DNA from: Tubiluchus corallicola
Taxonomy: Eukaryota > Animalia > Priapulida
DNA length: 64,000 bases
NCBI GenBank assembly: GCA_030141605.1
Contig: JAQGDQ010000174.1
Location: 248,001-312,000, forward strand
Reading direction: 5' to 3'
The notes under the pieces were generated by a model. That model was not told where the DNA came from. It worked only from the letters and a program-made list of their open reading frames with translations, and made no database searches. The number at the start of each line of letters is the position of its first letter. The first letter of the stretch is position 1. Positions 51,701-64,000 of the stretch are shown one piece after another. Position numbers and translations under genes: made by a program.

Positions 51701-54700
51701 TTCCCTGATCGCCCTGCAGCCTATACAATCTCTGTAAAATCTATATTTTTTCAAGTCTTAGTGTCGTATTATGCAATTTACGGAAATCAATATTATTATA
51801 ATTGTGACTGGCTATTGTTGATTGAATTTGTTGTTTATGTTAAGCACAGCAATCGTTTAAAGAATTCAATGGTTAGAGACAGGCAGCTACACTTATGTAA
51901 CATTTGTATCACTTCTAATAATCTGTTTCTTGCTCAGTCGCTAGTTGGGCGAATAAACATCTGAAACAAAAGCCTGTTTTATACACTAGAAGAAAATTCT
52001 GAAAAGGTGCTTTTATAAAGTTCTGGGGCATTTCTGTCTAACAGTGGGCAAAGTAGCCGGTCTTAACAATTTGACTACGGTGAATAAGTAAAAAAAACTG
52101 TTTCCAACTTGAAAAATTAACGAAAATGGTCAAAAATCCAAAAAAACAAAATGACTACCATGTTTATGCACAAACTATTAAAACTCAAAGAAACTCTCAG
52201 AAAACTACTATTGATTTCCCAAGAAATCCGTTTCTGTTACTTTCATTATTTCCAAAATAGCCGCCGTTTCAAAAACGAAAGTGTGCCGATCATGCAATTA
52301 GATTAGCTGCTTCACATAAAGATTTATTATAAAGCAAAAAGCAAATTATTTTTATCGATTCGATTATTGATTCAACTATTTTTCGAGATTCAATATGATA
52401 CTAGGCATTGATAAACTGCATGGTCACAATTTAGTTTTATCAATACCCAGTATTATGCTGAATTTAAAAAAATGTGTCAGACGCCAAAAATCCGCAAAAA
52501 CAGACGTAAGCAGACCGGTAAAATGGAAATCAAAAATGCAGAAGATGCAAAATAAAATAAACAAGGAGAAAGGAAAACCAGGGTGATGATAAGAATAACG
52601 AAATGACAAGGAAAAGATGAGAATGTGATGATGACGAAAATGAAGATTAGATTCACATGAGAACTTAAAAGAGAAACAGCTCAATCAGCCGAGTGACTGC
52701 AAAAATCAGTATGGAGTCATACCAGGAACTTAGTACTTCTTTTACTCTTCTTAACGGTTTAATATTGCTTCTTCTTCATTCTTGTAAGACATGTGAATAA
52801 TTTTGCCTAAAAGCTATGAAACTGCACAGTGCTTGAGAACCCATCAGTGTGATGACTTCTGTAATAACTATAAGTAATTTTATCCATGTTAGAACAGGTA
52901 ATGCTATCTATGTTATCCATGACCTTTATAAGAAAATCCTTACAGGGTTTCTCTTTCCAGAAAATTCGTCTAGTCTATTACTAAACGTATACTTGTTAAC
53001 CAGTAGAACAGAAGGGGGCGAGAAAAAACTAAGCCTAACTTACTAACAGTTTAAATCGTAACATCTTCAACTTCAACAGCTTTGCCTCGGTTGTCTTTAA
53101 GACAACAGCATATTAAGTTCTTCATCCTGTTTCTTGCAGGGATTAAAGCGTTATTCCAGAAGATATGAGAGAAAACTACGTCATTATGATGTTGCAATGA
53201 TGAAAAAACTGATAATAACTGATACTAATAATGATTGTACTCCAAAACCAATACAAAGGTAGCCTTAACCAGAACATGTAATTGCAAATTAATGTTATGG
53301 TGGTTACAAGTAGTACATTTTGTTTTAACTCACTTAGTTTTGCTTTTCCAAGTGCAATGTCAATGTGAACCATCATTCTATAATTCACAATAATGTTTAT
53401 AATTCACTCGCAGTCATACCTACCTATTATATTTCTCAAACTACAAGCCGTAAGCAGCGCAGTTAAACAGTAACCATGCTGACGATTCAACTTTAAATTC
53501 ATGGCCTTTTGGCACCAACAAATGGCAAACCGCCAAAATAAATACTGCACTTCCTTTTAGTATGTATGCCTTTTACATGGGCTCATATTTGGCGTTTTGT
53601 TCTACCCATAAAAATTTTTAGGTCATTAAATCCAAATCGAAATCAGATAATAGTCATAACAAGTGCAGAAATATTAGGAACGCCAAGCGGGCTAGCAGTT
53701 CAACTTTCTCTGTCATTCCTGAGTACATAAACAATGTTTTTTCCCCGAGCCGCAATGCCAAGCAAGTGCAAAAATAGATCATCCTGCTGATTTCCGCACG
53801 TGTCTCGCGTTACTTAGCCCTTTGGGGGGTTATGTCTGTGTACAGGAAGCCTGCGTTATAAAAACTTTGCCAGTTATGAAACATCGTCATAACATGTTAT
53901 CATTAGGAAGTATACGCAACAAGGAGTTTATTGAAAATGGCAGTTTAATGTATGTTTTGTCTCATGCATTGTTCGTGTGCAATTTTGTTATACTGTCTTT
54001 CAATCATAACTTGGAGTGGGTAACGGGCCATGGTTTCTTGGTCCACTTAGGTCACTATTTCCAGATGGGTCACATAAATGTTGCTCTATACTGCTGAGCC
54101 AAGTAACCATGTAGGACAAAAAGTATCCGTATTTTGATGTTTTGTTTTATTTTTTCAAAAAATTCAAATTTACCTATTTTAGCCTTTATGTTTTTTTCAC
54201 TGGTGAATATATATAAAGCCTCAACTTCAGCAGATGGACCACCGTAAACAAAATTAAAACTGAACAGGTGCAGTGGTACTTACTTCGTACAGAGTATGAT
54301 TGGTCATAAGAGGCGAAAGTTTCACATGGGGGGCATAAGAAATTTTCCCTGAAAATATTTCAAATTGCCCTAGTTTGAGTGATTTTCATATGTGCAAACA
54401 ACGTGCTACATAAAATGTAGGTTATATAGACTGACAAAAGTGTCTAAAAACAAAGTATTTACTCCTATAGGACTATAATGCTTATGGTTATTTGTATTTA
54501 TACGTATTTTTTTCAATATAACATTTACAGAGTGTCAGAAACGACAGCCCGCTAGTCACAAAAGCAATCAGAAGTAGACGTAATCTTGTTTTTAATATTT
54601 AGACATTATAATATTTCATTATAATCAGTTTCCGTAATGTATTTTTAAAGTTTTTAAAGTTTTATAGACATGCAAACAGTCTATAACCTTGTCAGTACAT

Positions 54701-57700
54701 GATCGACATGTATTTAAAATGTGTATAAAGGACTTATGAGGCTTGAAATTAAATTTGATAGCAGGCACTATTATTTTTAAAAGTGTAAAAACAATTCGTC
54801 GTACAAGAAACACTTTAACTGCAGCCAGTAAAAAAAGAGGTAATGCAATACGTAAGCAATTTTTTAATTATGAAATCTTAAATTTTCAAATTTTAAACGC
54901 AATTATTTGCCCGAAAATAACCAGTTTTTGCCCTGAAAATGTTCAATTCATGATCCCTGGGAGGGCAACTGCCTCCCCCCCCCCACCGACCACCGTCTCA
55001 AACGCTTATGTATAGGAGTCATTTATAGTTCATTCTAGGTGTGAGTCGTATTGTCAGCACATGTATACGACAACGGGTTACCTAAATAACCCGATTTTAA
55101 TATTCCTTTCAAATGTGTCTAGTACTTTAAATCTAAAATTAAACGGGTTAATCTTTATATATTATATCATATAAATGAGAGATCTAAACTCATGTTCATC
55201 CAAGTGAACTTTTATACGTACAAGCCAACGGTTGTGCCTAGAGTTCCAGTTCTCATGTGGTAAAACTTAGACGAGACGAGCAAGACTTAGAAAGTAGGCT
55301 TGATATGCAATAAAACGCAGACAAACTTAGCGGCTGATTAGTTTATGTTTTTAAACTCACGTTGAAAAGAGTGTTACTTTCTTTCTCTATTTTTCTTTTA
55401 TAGCGCGTGGTAAATTACGGTAAAATTACAAATTAATATCAGATGAAAGAGTTTTAGAATTACCGATACATGTATAAAAATATAATTTTAAGATTAAAGG
55501 TGATACTACACCAATTCAGATTTTTATCCACAAATAAATTTCCTACATACTTTTCCAGTGAGTTCTCGATTGGCTATAATAAATGAAAATGTAATCAATT
55601 ATAATGTATGCAGCATAATTGATTATGAAAGCTAATACAGTAATGATGTAATCGATCACATCAGAGTTACACTGACAAGAATCAATAATTAGAGTAAAAT
55701 ATTATTTATAGCTATAACGTGGTAGCTTTCGCTTCTTCCTTTTAAAGCCCTTAAGATATGAGCTGCTACATGCACACCTTTTCAATAGCCCAAAAATTGC
55801 CTGCGAATCGCTTACAAAAATATCACATGATGTTGCTAATGGTAATCCCACGCAAAGAACAAAATTAGTCGGAATACTTGAAATAAGAATGTAGATAGCT
55901 CGCAGACAATCTACAGATACAAGAGAAAGGTCAGAACACCAATCGCCTTTATAAGTCTTATTGAAGTTTCGTTAGAAATACTAAAACTAAAGCCATTGGC
56001 ATAACACATCTCCAGAGAGCAGTTTTCATCTTCTTTACCTAAAAAGATTTTTCCAAATGTCAAGCCAAAATGGGTTTTAAAGAAAAATGCTTGCAAAGAA
56101 AGGCGCGACAAACGCTTGGCGAATTACAGTGTTTGAAAACTAAATGGGCAAACCGTGTAAATGACGTGAATACTGACACGTACGAGTTCTTTGACCACTG
56201 TAAAACGCACATTAAAAATAGATTTGCTTCAAATTATTGATGCCAAGAATTTTGCAATTATAAAAACAATACCATTTGATGACGATTTTGAATTTATTCT
56301 GCCTTGTAGCTGTATATATATTCTACCTCTGCTAGGATACATATAGGTTGCGAAATAGTAAGTTTTAATAGAAGAAAAATAAAGAAATCAACGAGAATCC
56401 AAAGAAACCAATTAATTTAAAGAATTAAGAAGCCTAATTCTCATAAAAGAAGTACTCTTAAGAAAACATGTTTTAATTTTAAAAAACATTTCTTACGATT
56501 AGCCTTTATTTCACATTGCAGCGTTGAGGCTTTGCCGAAAACTTCAAGCCATTTATTATTTTCAGGTAATGGAAACTAAGGAAAATCAAGATGTGTAGTT
56601 AGGCAACGTTAAGCCTTACTAATAAATAGATGGGTGGCCGCCAAGAAAAGTTGTTCAGGAAGTCATTAAACATCCCTATTAAATTCGCTGAAAGGTTAGT
56701 GTGCATGCCAACATTACTAAGACGCCTTTGCCTACTTGCTGTTTTCCAGAAGAATTTTGACAATGTGGCGGGTATGTAGTCTAGCCACAGATAGCAACAT
56801 TAGTAGCTCTGCGTTAAGTGCTGGATAACAACAGTGTGATGAACTGCACGTATGCAAAAACGTATTCTAACATGCGGCTATAACTCATCATGAGATGATT
56901 TTAATTGTTGAAGCTATTATGTCGACGCATTGGCTGTTTGTACGCATTTTTATCATGGTTTCTAAAACAAAAACGAAGAACTGTAACCAAACCGTTTCTG
57001 CGTTCTTGCAATTGTTCTGAATTCCATTTTAAAGCTTAGTTCAATCCAGATACTAGAAGCAATGACGAAACCGTTATTACTGTTGCTTTTCTAGAAATAT
57101 GTCCAGTCTCAAACAAACGGAATTAAATTAATATAATAATTCATTTTTATACATATATAAGGCATTACCAATATAATTTTTTTAAATTGTTCGGTTTTTC
57201 TTTTCCCCACTTGCTAAGCTTCTTTGGAAAAAAATTACTAGCTTTAGCAGCCATAATTGAAAATGCTACATAAACAAAGATTTTTGACGGAACATTGGAT
57301 CTAATAATAAAAAGAATTATGTTTTAAATCACTAATATTCACTAAACAAACATAATTCTTTTTATTATAACATCACGATTCTATCTATAATCTTTGTTTT
57401 AGTAATATTTATTCGACAAATATTGTAATATTAAAATGTAAGTACCAGTTTTAGAACGTATTAGGCCTAAAACTTTGTCAACAAGAATATCTTAATAAAA
57501 ATTGTCAGCAATCTTTTTCATATCTGGTTAACATTTGGCAAACTTCAAGACGTCCTTGTTGAAGGTACAGGTTAGTGCCAGTTATAGGCTACACAGAATC
57601 AGACACAGGATACACGGACCACATACAACCGTGATATTGACTCTTTAAACTACGAAAAGGCAGCCTATGATCTAACGTTCGACATTTTTATAACAATTGA

Positions 57701-58151
57701 ACATTGTAAATGTACAAAAGAGTTCAATTTACATTTCAAGTACACCAGCTTGTCTATAGAATGCACGGCTGCTAAATTGCTTTCTGTACAATGGACAACA
57801 TTTTGACCAATGACGCGCTTACAGCTAAAATTGTTTACCATAGCCTGGTATCATAGACCAATGGGAAGCGATATTTCAGCATTGTATAAATATCATATCA
57901 ACAAAGCTTTGAGTCATCACACCATCGTTAAAAAGAATCATGCAAAAAAGTCTTGTGTCACTGTTACACTGTTGAATTATATCCTGCAATTTAACCAAGC
58001 AGAAGTGTAGAATTTTTTCCTAATATTAGACAATTTTTCTTACCCTAGCTTTGTCTAATTGAGCAAGCGCTTGTCTTTCTCCTTCTCTTTGGACATGGTC
58101 ATCGCGCATGGATATTTCAGACGTGTGACTGTAGCTGGAATCGGCGGAACC
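39033..58151 (-). CDS. CACNB: Voltage-dependent calcium channel beta subunit (SH3-HOOK-GK)
   Basis: Phase-consistent exons 58151-58044 (GSAD...[12 protein letters not shown]), 47626-47504 ([11 protein letters not shown]...DFLHIKE), 46599-46466 ([24 protein letters not shown]), 45869-45772, 43947-43853 (KEKKGFFKK), 43400-43261 ([39 protein letters not shown]), 42207-42095, 41489-41338 ([14 protein letters not shown]), 40717-40622 ([13 protein letters not shown]), 39728-39033 ([21 protein letters not shown]...stop). Confidence 0.96.
41633..41765. repeat. (CAT)n/(CGT)n trinucleotide repeat in CACNB intron
   Basis: TCA and TCG runs; source of the poly-M/H/S ORFs. Confidence 0.93.
45530..45653. 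repeat. Left arm of ~123-bp near-perfect inverted repeat (right arm 46953-47075)
   Basis: Pyrimidine-rich arm equals the reverse complement of 46953-47075 except for one substitution and a 1-nt T-run difference. Confidence 0.93.
45689..45757. repeat. (CA)n microsatellite
   Basis: CA run with one CC interruption, just downstream of the 45772 donor on the minus strand. Confidence 0.97.
46953..47075. repeat. Right arm of ~123-bp inverted repeat
   Basis: Reverse complement of 45530-45653. Confidence 0.93.
47108..47230 (-). mobile_element. Partial inverted copy of hAT MITE family D
   Basis: CAGGGCCTATTTCAGCCTAAG and CAGAAAATTTTTGAACTG..AGAAGCATTTTCGAA match the reverse complement of the right part of 22429-22680. 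Confidence 0.75.
48483..49117 (+). mobile_element. 5'-truncated, frameshifted non-LTR retrotransposon (RTE-like) RT C-terminus with GAA-type tail
   Basis: CKYLGSLL...DILRRK.MA, frameshift near 48600, then [23 protein letters not shown]...[12 protein letters not shown]...ISN..L...[14 protein letters not shown]. This is typical of the post-RT region of RTE-type LINEs. GAAGAAAGAAAAGAAG tail at ~49088-49117. Confidence 0.85.
52555..52786. repeat. Dispersed repeat family A, copy 2
   Basis: Colinear with 1570-1799. Confidence 0.75.
54305..55010. mobile_element. Possible degenerate MITE
   Basis: CATAAG...CTTATG ends with subterminal G-run and C-run, as in hAT-type MITEs; no TSD found. Confidence 0.35.
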
Positions 58152-58845
58152 CTGCAAAAATGGCATTTCTTTAATAAAAAGCAACGGTAATTTAAAACGA
58201 ATAATTTTATTTATTTTCTTTTGTTAATTGTGATACTGAGTATCATTTCATCGGTAAGCAACCTTATATTTTATTGACTGTAGTTATCATTGTATTTTGG
58301 GATTAGGCCTAAGCAGAAAAACCTGACCATTACATAGTCAAAGCAAATCATCACAGTTATTTGTTATCACATATTTAACACTGTAATATGCAGGAAATCA
58401 GTTAAACAATTTGTGTGTAGGCCTACTTTTGAGGAAAAATCTTTTATTTGATAGAACCGAAACTGAAAGGCCTTATTAATGTAAAAAATTAAAAAAAAAA
58501 CAAAATTCGACATTGCATTAATTTGCTTATCACTTTATCGCATAGCATACACTCCAATGCTCTCACATTTAGGCTGTAATGCAATTTCTTTGATACAAAA
58601 TTTTCAATGTTTGAAATATACACGTAAGAAAATTGGGCAGATGAATCACACTTGTCCGTGGCAGAATAATTTGCTTGATTCCCCTGAAAATATTCTCCAT
58701 TGCACGAGCTTAATCATTGCTCGGCGATGTGTTATAGCTAAACGTACAGCGTTGCATGGTAATAGTCATTACTCTATGCATTCACAAACATAATTTACAA
58801 CGATCAAAATTCTATGGCATAATGATTATCATTCGTAATTCCCAC

Positions 58846-58902
58846 CTGTTTGAGCAACGGTTTATCCATACGGGTGCGTACATTATGCTGTTGGTAGCTC
58901 AT
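58846..58902 (-). CDS. CACNB: Candidate short first coding exon of the calcium channel beta gene (MSYQQHNVRTRMDKPLLKQ)
   Basis: ATG at 58902, 19 codons, CAG|GTGGGA donor in phase 0 matching the GSAD exon at 58151. Confidence 0.5.
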
Positions 58903-59935
58903 TTAGACTATGTACATTGAGCGGATGCTAATTCTACAGAATCACTTTTTTTGTTGAACGTTGGCAGACATTATGCAACACGAATTGTGGCTTTAAAAGC
59001 TACGGCGCTTATTTCTAATCATTGTATCCTCGCTCTTGCCAATGACATCAAAGCCAAACCGTGAAAGCTCACATCGATAATAACTTTAAGATGAAATTTT
59101 CAGATGTTTAACATGGTCCAGTTGTTAACGGTACAGGAAATTAATCCCTGCCGCTTTGCTTCATCACACTATGCGATTAAGGAACTTGTCATACAGTAGT
59201 ACATCATGTAGATTTCGCTGAACTCATTCGCAAGTATTGCGGTGCTGTCTGTTTGACAAGAACTGCATCTAAGTGTTTTCTTTGTGACTTTGTGAGTTAC
59301 TTCATTGAATTCAGAAATTATATAGACGAAATCACATAGCGCTTCTGAGAATGAACGACCTCAACGCTTTGAAGCAACTGCTAATACACAAAACACAGGT
59401 GATAAAAATTCCTAAAATGGCTATTGCAAGAGAAAGGTTGAGCGATTGCCTGAGCAGCCCGTTTAGCTCCTCTTCGTCACACTGTCATGCTAAACTTTCA
59501 AACACTTGCTGTTTATATTAGTGACCTAAAATCAGCTCAGTGCAGCTGTTTCAAATATTCATTTTGTTGCAACTTCTTTCTCGACATATTTTCTCGCTAA
59601 CTTCCTAGAGCAACTGATACAAGTTAGCAGCATCCAAAAATCATCGCCTAATCATCTTCCTCGCGGAAAAGTTTCTGAACGAAAAAACGCCAAATTGCTA
59701 CCCTAATCTTTACCGAGATCGCATGACTAGCTTTTTCTAGCCCCTCCCGCAAAATGTTTGCAATTATAACTCCCTTAAATGTTCTTTCCGTTGCTTATTG
59801 GTAGCTGATGAAAAAGGCTTAACAGTGTGACCAATTATATTCCTATACAGTTTCTTGAATTCTGCAAATTGCTTAAAATTTTCATATAAAACAACCCAGG
59901 GTAAAAGTCACAGTCTTGCTATCACACACCTACTA

Positions 59936-60027
59936 AGGCTAGCTCTGCTGTGAGTTTCTGGGCCTAGAGAGAAATAGGCACTTAGGCTAGCTCTGCTGTG
60001 AGTTTCTGGGCCTAGAGAGAAATAGGC
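59936..60027. repeat. Tandem duplication, 48-bp period
   Basis: AGGCTAGCTCTGCTGTGAGTTTCTGGGCCTAGAGAGAAATAGGC at 59936 and 59984. Confidence 0.95.
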
Positions 60028-60600
60028 GTAGTTTGTTTTTTGTTGTTGTTTATTTGCTTGTTTTGTTCACGTCATTTTTGTCGCCATTGTCATTGCTGTA
60101 GATAATGGCGATGCAAGTAAAACATAACTGTGATACAATAAATGATAATAACGATGATAGCGATGGCGATGGCGATGGCGATGACTACGACAAAGGTATT
60201 TTTGCGACGACAATAATGATGATGACGAAGATAATGATGCGATTATTGTTTAAAATATCTGATACGATCATATCCCACGTATCCCGCAAAATATTTTGTG
60301 TCGTCTTACTAGTCATCGATTGTTTTCGTTAGAAACTTAAAGCATATTAGAACAAAGCTATACTACACCCAAAGTTTGTAGATTTTTTTTAAACAACCAA
60401 CTTTATATAATTTTCCCATTTTGCCAATTCATCTAAAAAGTGTGCAACAAAGCCTTTGCCTATTTCTTTGTGTAAGAGATTGTATTCATAGGATTTGATT
60501 ATTATTATTATTTGCTTCTCTTTAGTAATTAAGTCATAAACCATGTAGCAGAAATAAGTTTATAATTTAGTACTTATAATATTTATAACATAATATAATG

Positions 60601-61025
60601 TAATGCAATGCAATGCAATGCAACGCAATGCAATGCAATGCAATGCAGTGCAATGCAATGCAATGCAATGCAATGCAATGCAATACAATACAATACAATA
60701 CAATACAATACAATACAATACAATACAATACAATACAATACAATACAATACAATACAATACAATACAATACAATACAATACAATACAATACAATACAATA
60801 CAATACAATACAACACACACAACACAACACAATACACTGCAATTCAATGCAATGCAATGCAATGCAATGCAATGCAATACAATACAATGCAATACAATAC
60901 AATACAATACAATACAATACAATACAATACAATACAATACAATACAATACAATACAATACAATACAATACAATACAATACAATACAACACAACACAACAC
61001 AACACAACACAACACAATATAATAT
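60601..61025. repeat. Compound pentanucleotide satellite (CAATG)n(CAATA)n(CAACA)n
   Basis: Directly visible; explains the six overlapping repetitive ORFs. Confidence 0.98.
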
Positions 61026-63620
61026 AACGAATGAAATTTCATGTACTTCTGAGTATTTTTTGAGGTTTTAGCAAGTCTATGCAGCACAGCGAAAAACCCT
61101 GCGAAGTCAAAACTTAACGTTGAGTTTATGCAACAGTCCCTCCGCGCAGTAAAACTTAGAGAAGCCAACGAAGGCGCCTATACGGTTTTATAATTCGCTC
61201 AATTTTGCTGGTCTGCGAATGGGGGATTACAAGCAAATTAAACAAGAACAGTGAAAGACGTGTTGAATCGGCTGTCAGTCACACGTCCAATGGCTTCTCG
61301 GTGTTAAACAACACTGAAATAAAGAGGAAATTTAATATTTAAATGGAGCGTAATGGCTTCAGGCACGAGCAAGGAAAATATTTTTTTGTTGTGGATTTTC
61401 CATTTTGTAAGCAGTACCTTGACACATTGCAAAAAATCTTTATACATGGATTTTGTCAAGAAATGATATATTTCAGCAACAGCAAAATAAACAAACAAAC
61501 AGTGTGAAAAACACGGACTACGCCTATTTCACCTTAGCCCCCCCCCCCCCCAATATATAGATTTTGACTTACAAAGCAGATATAATTAACTTGCCTGATC
61601 ACACGGTCTTTTAATAATGGTGATTTTTCCTAACTTCCTAGTAACATAATCCGTTTTTTCTTATTCTTGTTAGAAACAAAAATCCAAAATCGACAAAATT
61701 CCCAAGGAAGTAAATCGTGACGCCGAATTAGTGGCCGCCAGAGCTTCAAATGATGTTAATATCAGGTATTAAAATGCTCTAGTTTTTCACACAAGTGAAA
61801 GATAATTTTTTCTGCATTGTGATTTTTTTCGCTGATGCAAACAATTGGTTATTTACTACGTTTAATAAGTGACATCCTTCACAAACACTACTTATGATGG
61901 AGGCAAAACCTCTACACGTTCTTGAGCAAAAGTGAGTCCTAGACTGAAGGTTGTGGTTTGCCTGTTATTTTTAGCACAAACAGTTAATACTCGTTGACCA
62001 AGGCTTGCGGTGAAGTTATTTTAGTGTTTCTCAGTTCTCTCGGAGTCTATATTGTTTCTGAACTGCCAGAAAGTAAATCTTAGTGAGTGAAACACGAAAA
62101 ACTAATTCTGTTCTTGCATGCAAAGTAATCAATAGCTACGGGCAAAGAAATATGGGTATATTTTGACATTTTTTACCCAGTTTAACACTCTGAAGGCTGG
62201 TAGCCAGCAATTAGCAGTATGGTCTGTTTAAAGTAAATGATTATGCATCAAAATCCCTGATAATGATTAAGGATAATAGCCCGAGATAAGGCACTAAACG
62301 CACAGAGGGACAGAGAAGCAGCCGTGCAGTATAGCAGTTAACTGCCTAAAACCGATTTTTATTGCAGTAACCCATACATTTATTAATCAGACCCTGCGTT
62401 GCTTAACTTTGCAGAAAAACCCACATTGACAGAGTAAACAGATAAAAACGGACGTTTGGGTAACATTGTATTGACTCCGTCAAATAGCATGGCTTGCAGC
62501 CAGAGCCCAACATCGATGAATAAATTTTATTTCCATAGAGGAAGAATGTACATACAGGATTACTCTTCCGGTTCAGTTTCATCTTCGAGGGTTATTCTTG
62601 ACAATGAGCCAGGTTCCGACACGCACAGATTCACACTGAGCAGGCTTTGTAGTTGAATGACGTCATCTGCTGTATGATTGAGAACGTTTTATTAACACGT
62701 TACTGTAGATAATTTCTGGTGGCCTTAATAAACCAAAATAATTACCGTTTAGTAATCATGGGGATGCTTCTTGATGTTCATGATTATTAAATGTTAATTT
62801 ATTATACCTAAAGTTAATTATTACATCTAAAGTGTGAATTTGCTGTAAATCTTTGTTTTTGATAATGTGTTAATTGTTTTAATAATTTAAATAAATTCTT
62901 TTGATTTGATTTGATTTGATTTATCACAGATTCCACCTCTTGCGGTGCGTTGAAGTGTTACAATGTGAAAACGAAAAATAAATTGCACGCCTTGTAGAAA
63001 CAACTGATTACAGTCGACAAATTTGAATTCTTCGATTGAAGTACTCGTAATTTGTGAGTCATTATATGTAATGAGGCCAATTTGATGCGGAAAATTTAGT
63101 GATATTAGGCCCCTGGCGATGAACTAGCAGGTTCGCAACACCTTAGCTGTTGTAATATTTAATGCAATATTTACCAATTTCTAAAATCCGTTGAATTTTA
63201 AACAAAAATTGCTTATAAGTGACAATCTCTTGACATTAACATAAAAGTTTCCCCGTAATAAATAAATAAATAAATTATGGTAAAAAATATTATGGTAACT
63301 TAGATTTTCGCAATGTATTAATTAAATTTTACTGAGATTCTGCACACGTCATATTTTAACAATTTCCACTTACGCCAACAGATGTTGCTGCTCATGAGAA
63401 GAAACAGCAGCGTGTTATAAATATAGATTCCAACCTCTAAAGCTCAATATTTGTAGTGTAGCGGTAATTTTGCCTTTAATATTGATTAAAGTAAAATAAA
63501 CTATTTGCAGTTTAAATGTTATGAGCAAAAGACTAGCACAAGTAAATGAGAAATGCTTATTTTCTTAAATATTGATATGAATTATGAATGGAGTGAAATC
63601 TAAGTGGAAGGGTAATTAAT

Positions 63621-63893
63621 GACTGACTGACCGCCTGATTAACTAACTGACTGACTAACTGACTGACTGACTGACTGACTGAGTGACTGAATGAATAACT
63701 GACTGACTGACTGACTGACTGACTGACTGACTGACTGACTAACTGACTGACTGCCTGACTGACTGGCTGACTGACTGACTGACTGACTGACTGACTGACT
63801 GACTGACTGACTGACTGACTGACTGACTGACTGACTGACTGACTGCTTGACTGACTGACCGATTAACCGACTAATCGGCCGACCGACTGACTA
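63621..63893. repeat. (GACT)n tetranucleotide microsatellite
   Basis: Long GACT/CTGA run with scattered variants. Confidence 0.97.
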
Positions 63894-64000
63894 ACCATGA
63901 CATACAATCTTATCACGACAATTCTATGCCTTCAAAATGCTGAATTATTTTGTCTTGCAGATGATAAAAATTGTCTTACACAGTTAAATACAATAAATAC

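Noticed and set aside
60560-61168. Long repetitive ORFs (YCIVL / QYNTI)
   Set aside because: Stop-free translations of the pentanucleotide satellite.
62456-62680. GC-richer stretch with short ORFs and a CCT|GTATGT donor
   Set aside because: No recognisable protein; an alternative first exon (MKLNRKSNP) is possible but too weakly supported.

Overview
AT-rich, intron-rich genomic DNA from an invertebrate metazoan, so the ORF track is mostly exon fragments and microsatellite noise. By tracing GT-AG boundaries and codon phase by hand I reconstruct four multi-exon genes: (1) a minus-strand ~530-aa protein with WW, C4 zinc-finger, two CUE-like and C-terminal GP-repeat/CxC modules (3358-11934); (2) minus-strand FAM78 (17112-20116); (3) head-to-head with it, a plus-strand ~546-aa CCDC151/ODAD3-family coiled-coil gene (22039-36325); (4) a minus-strand voltage-gated calcium channel beta subunit (39033-58151, candidate first exon to 58902). 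A fifth gene may begin near the left edge. There are also hAT-type MITEs with 8-bp TSDs, a TTAA-flanked repeat pair, an RTE-like LINE fragment and microsatellites. The most unusual locus is the last intron of the CCDC151-like gene, which holds an antisense U1 snRNA array (two identical full genes and one 29-nt truncated copy). On the host strand these copies read as AG...CAG|GTAAGT pseudo-exons, and the repeat junctions form AG|GT recursive-splice-like sites. A near-perfect ~123-bp inverted repeat also brackets two calcium-channel beta exons. All functional interpretations are inferences that need RNA data.
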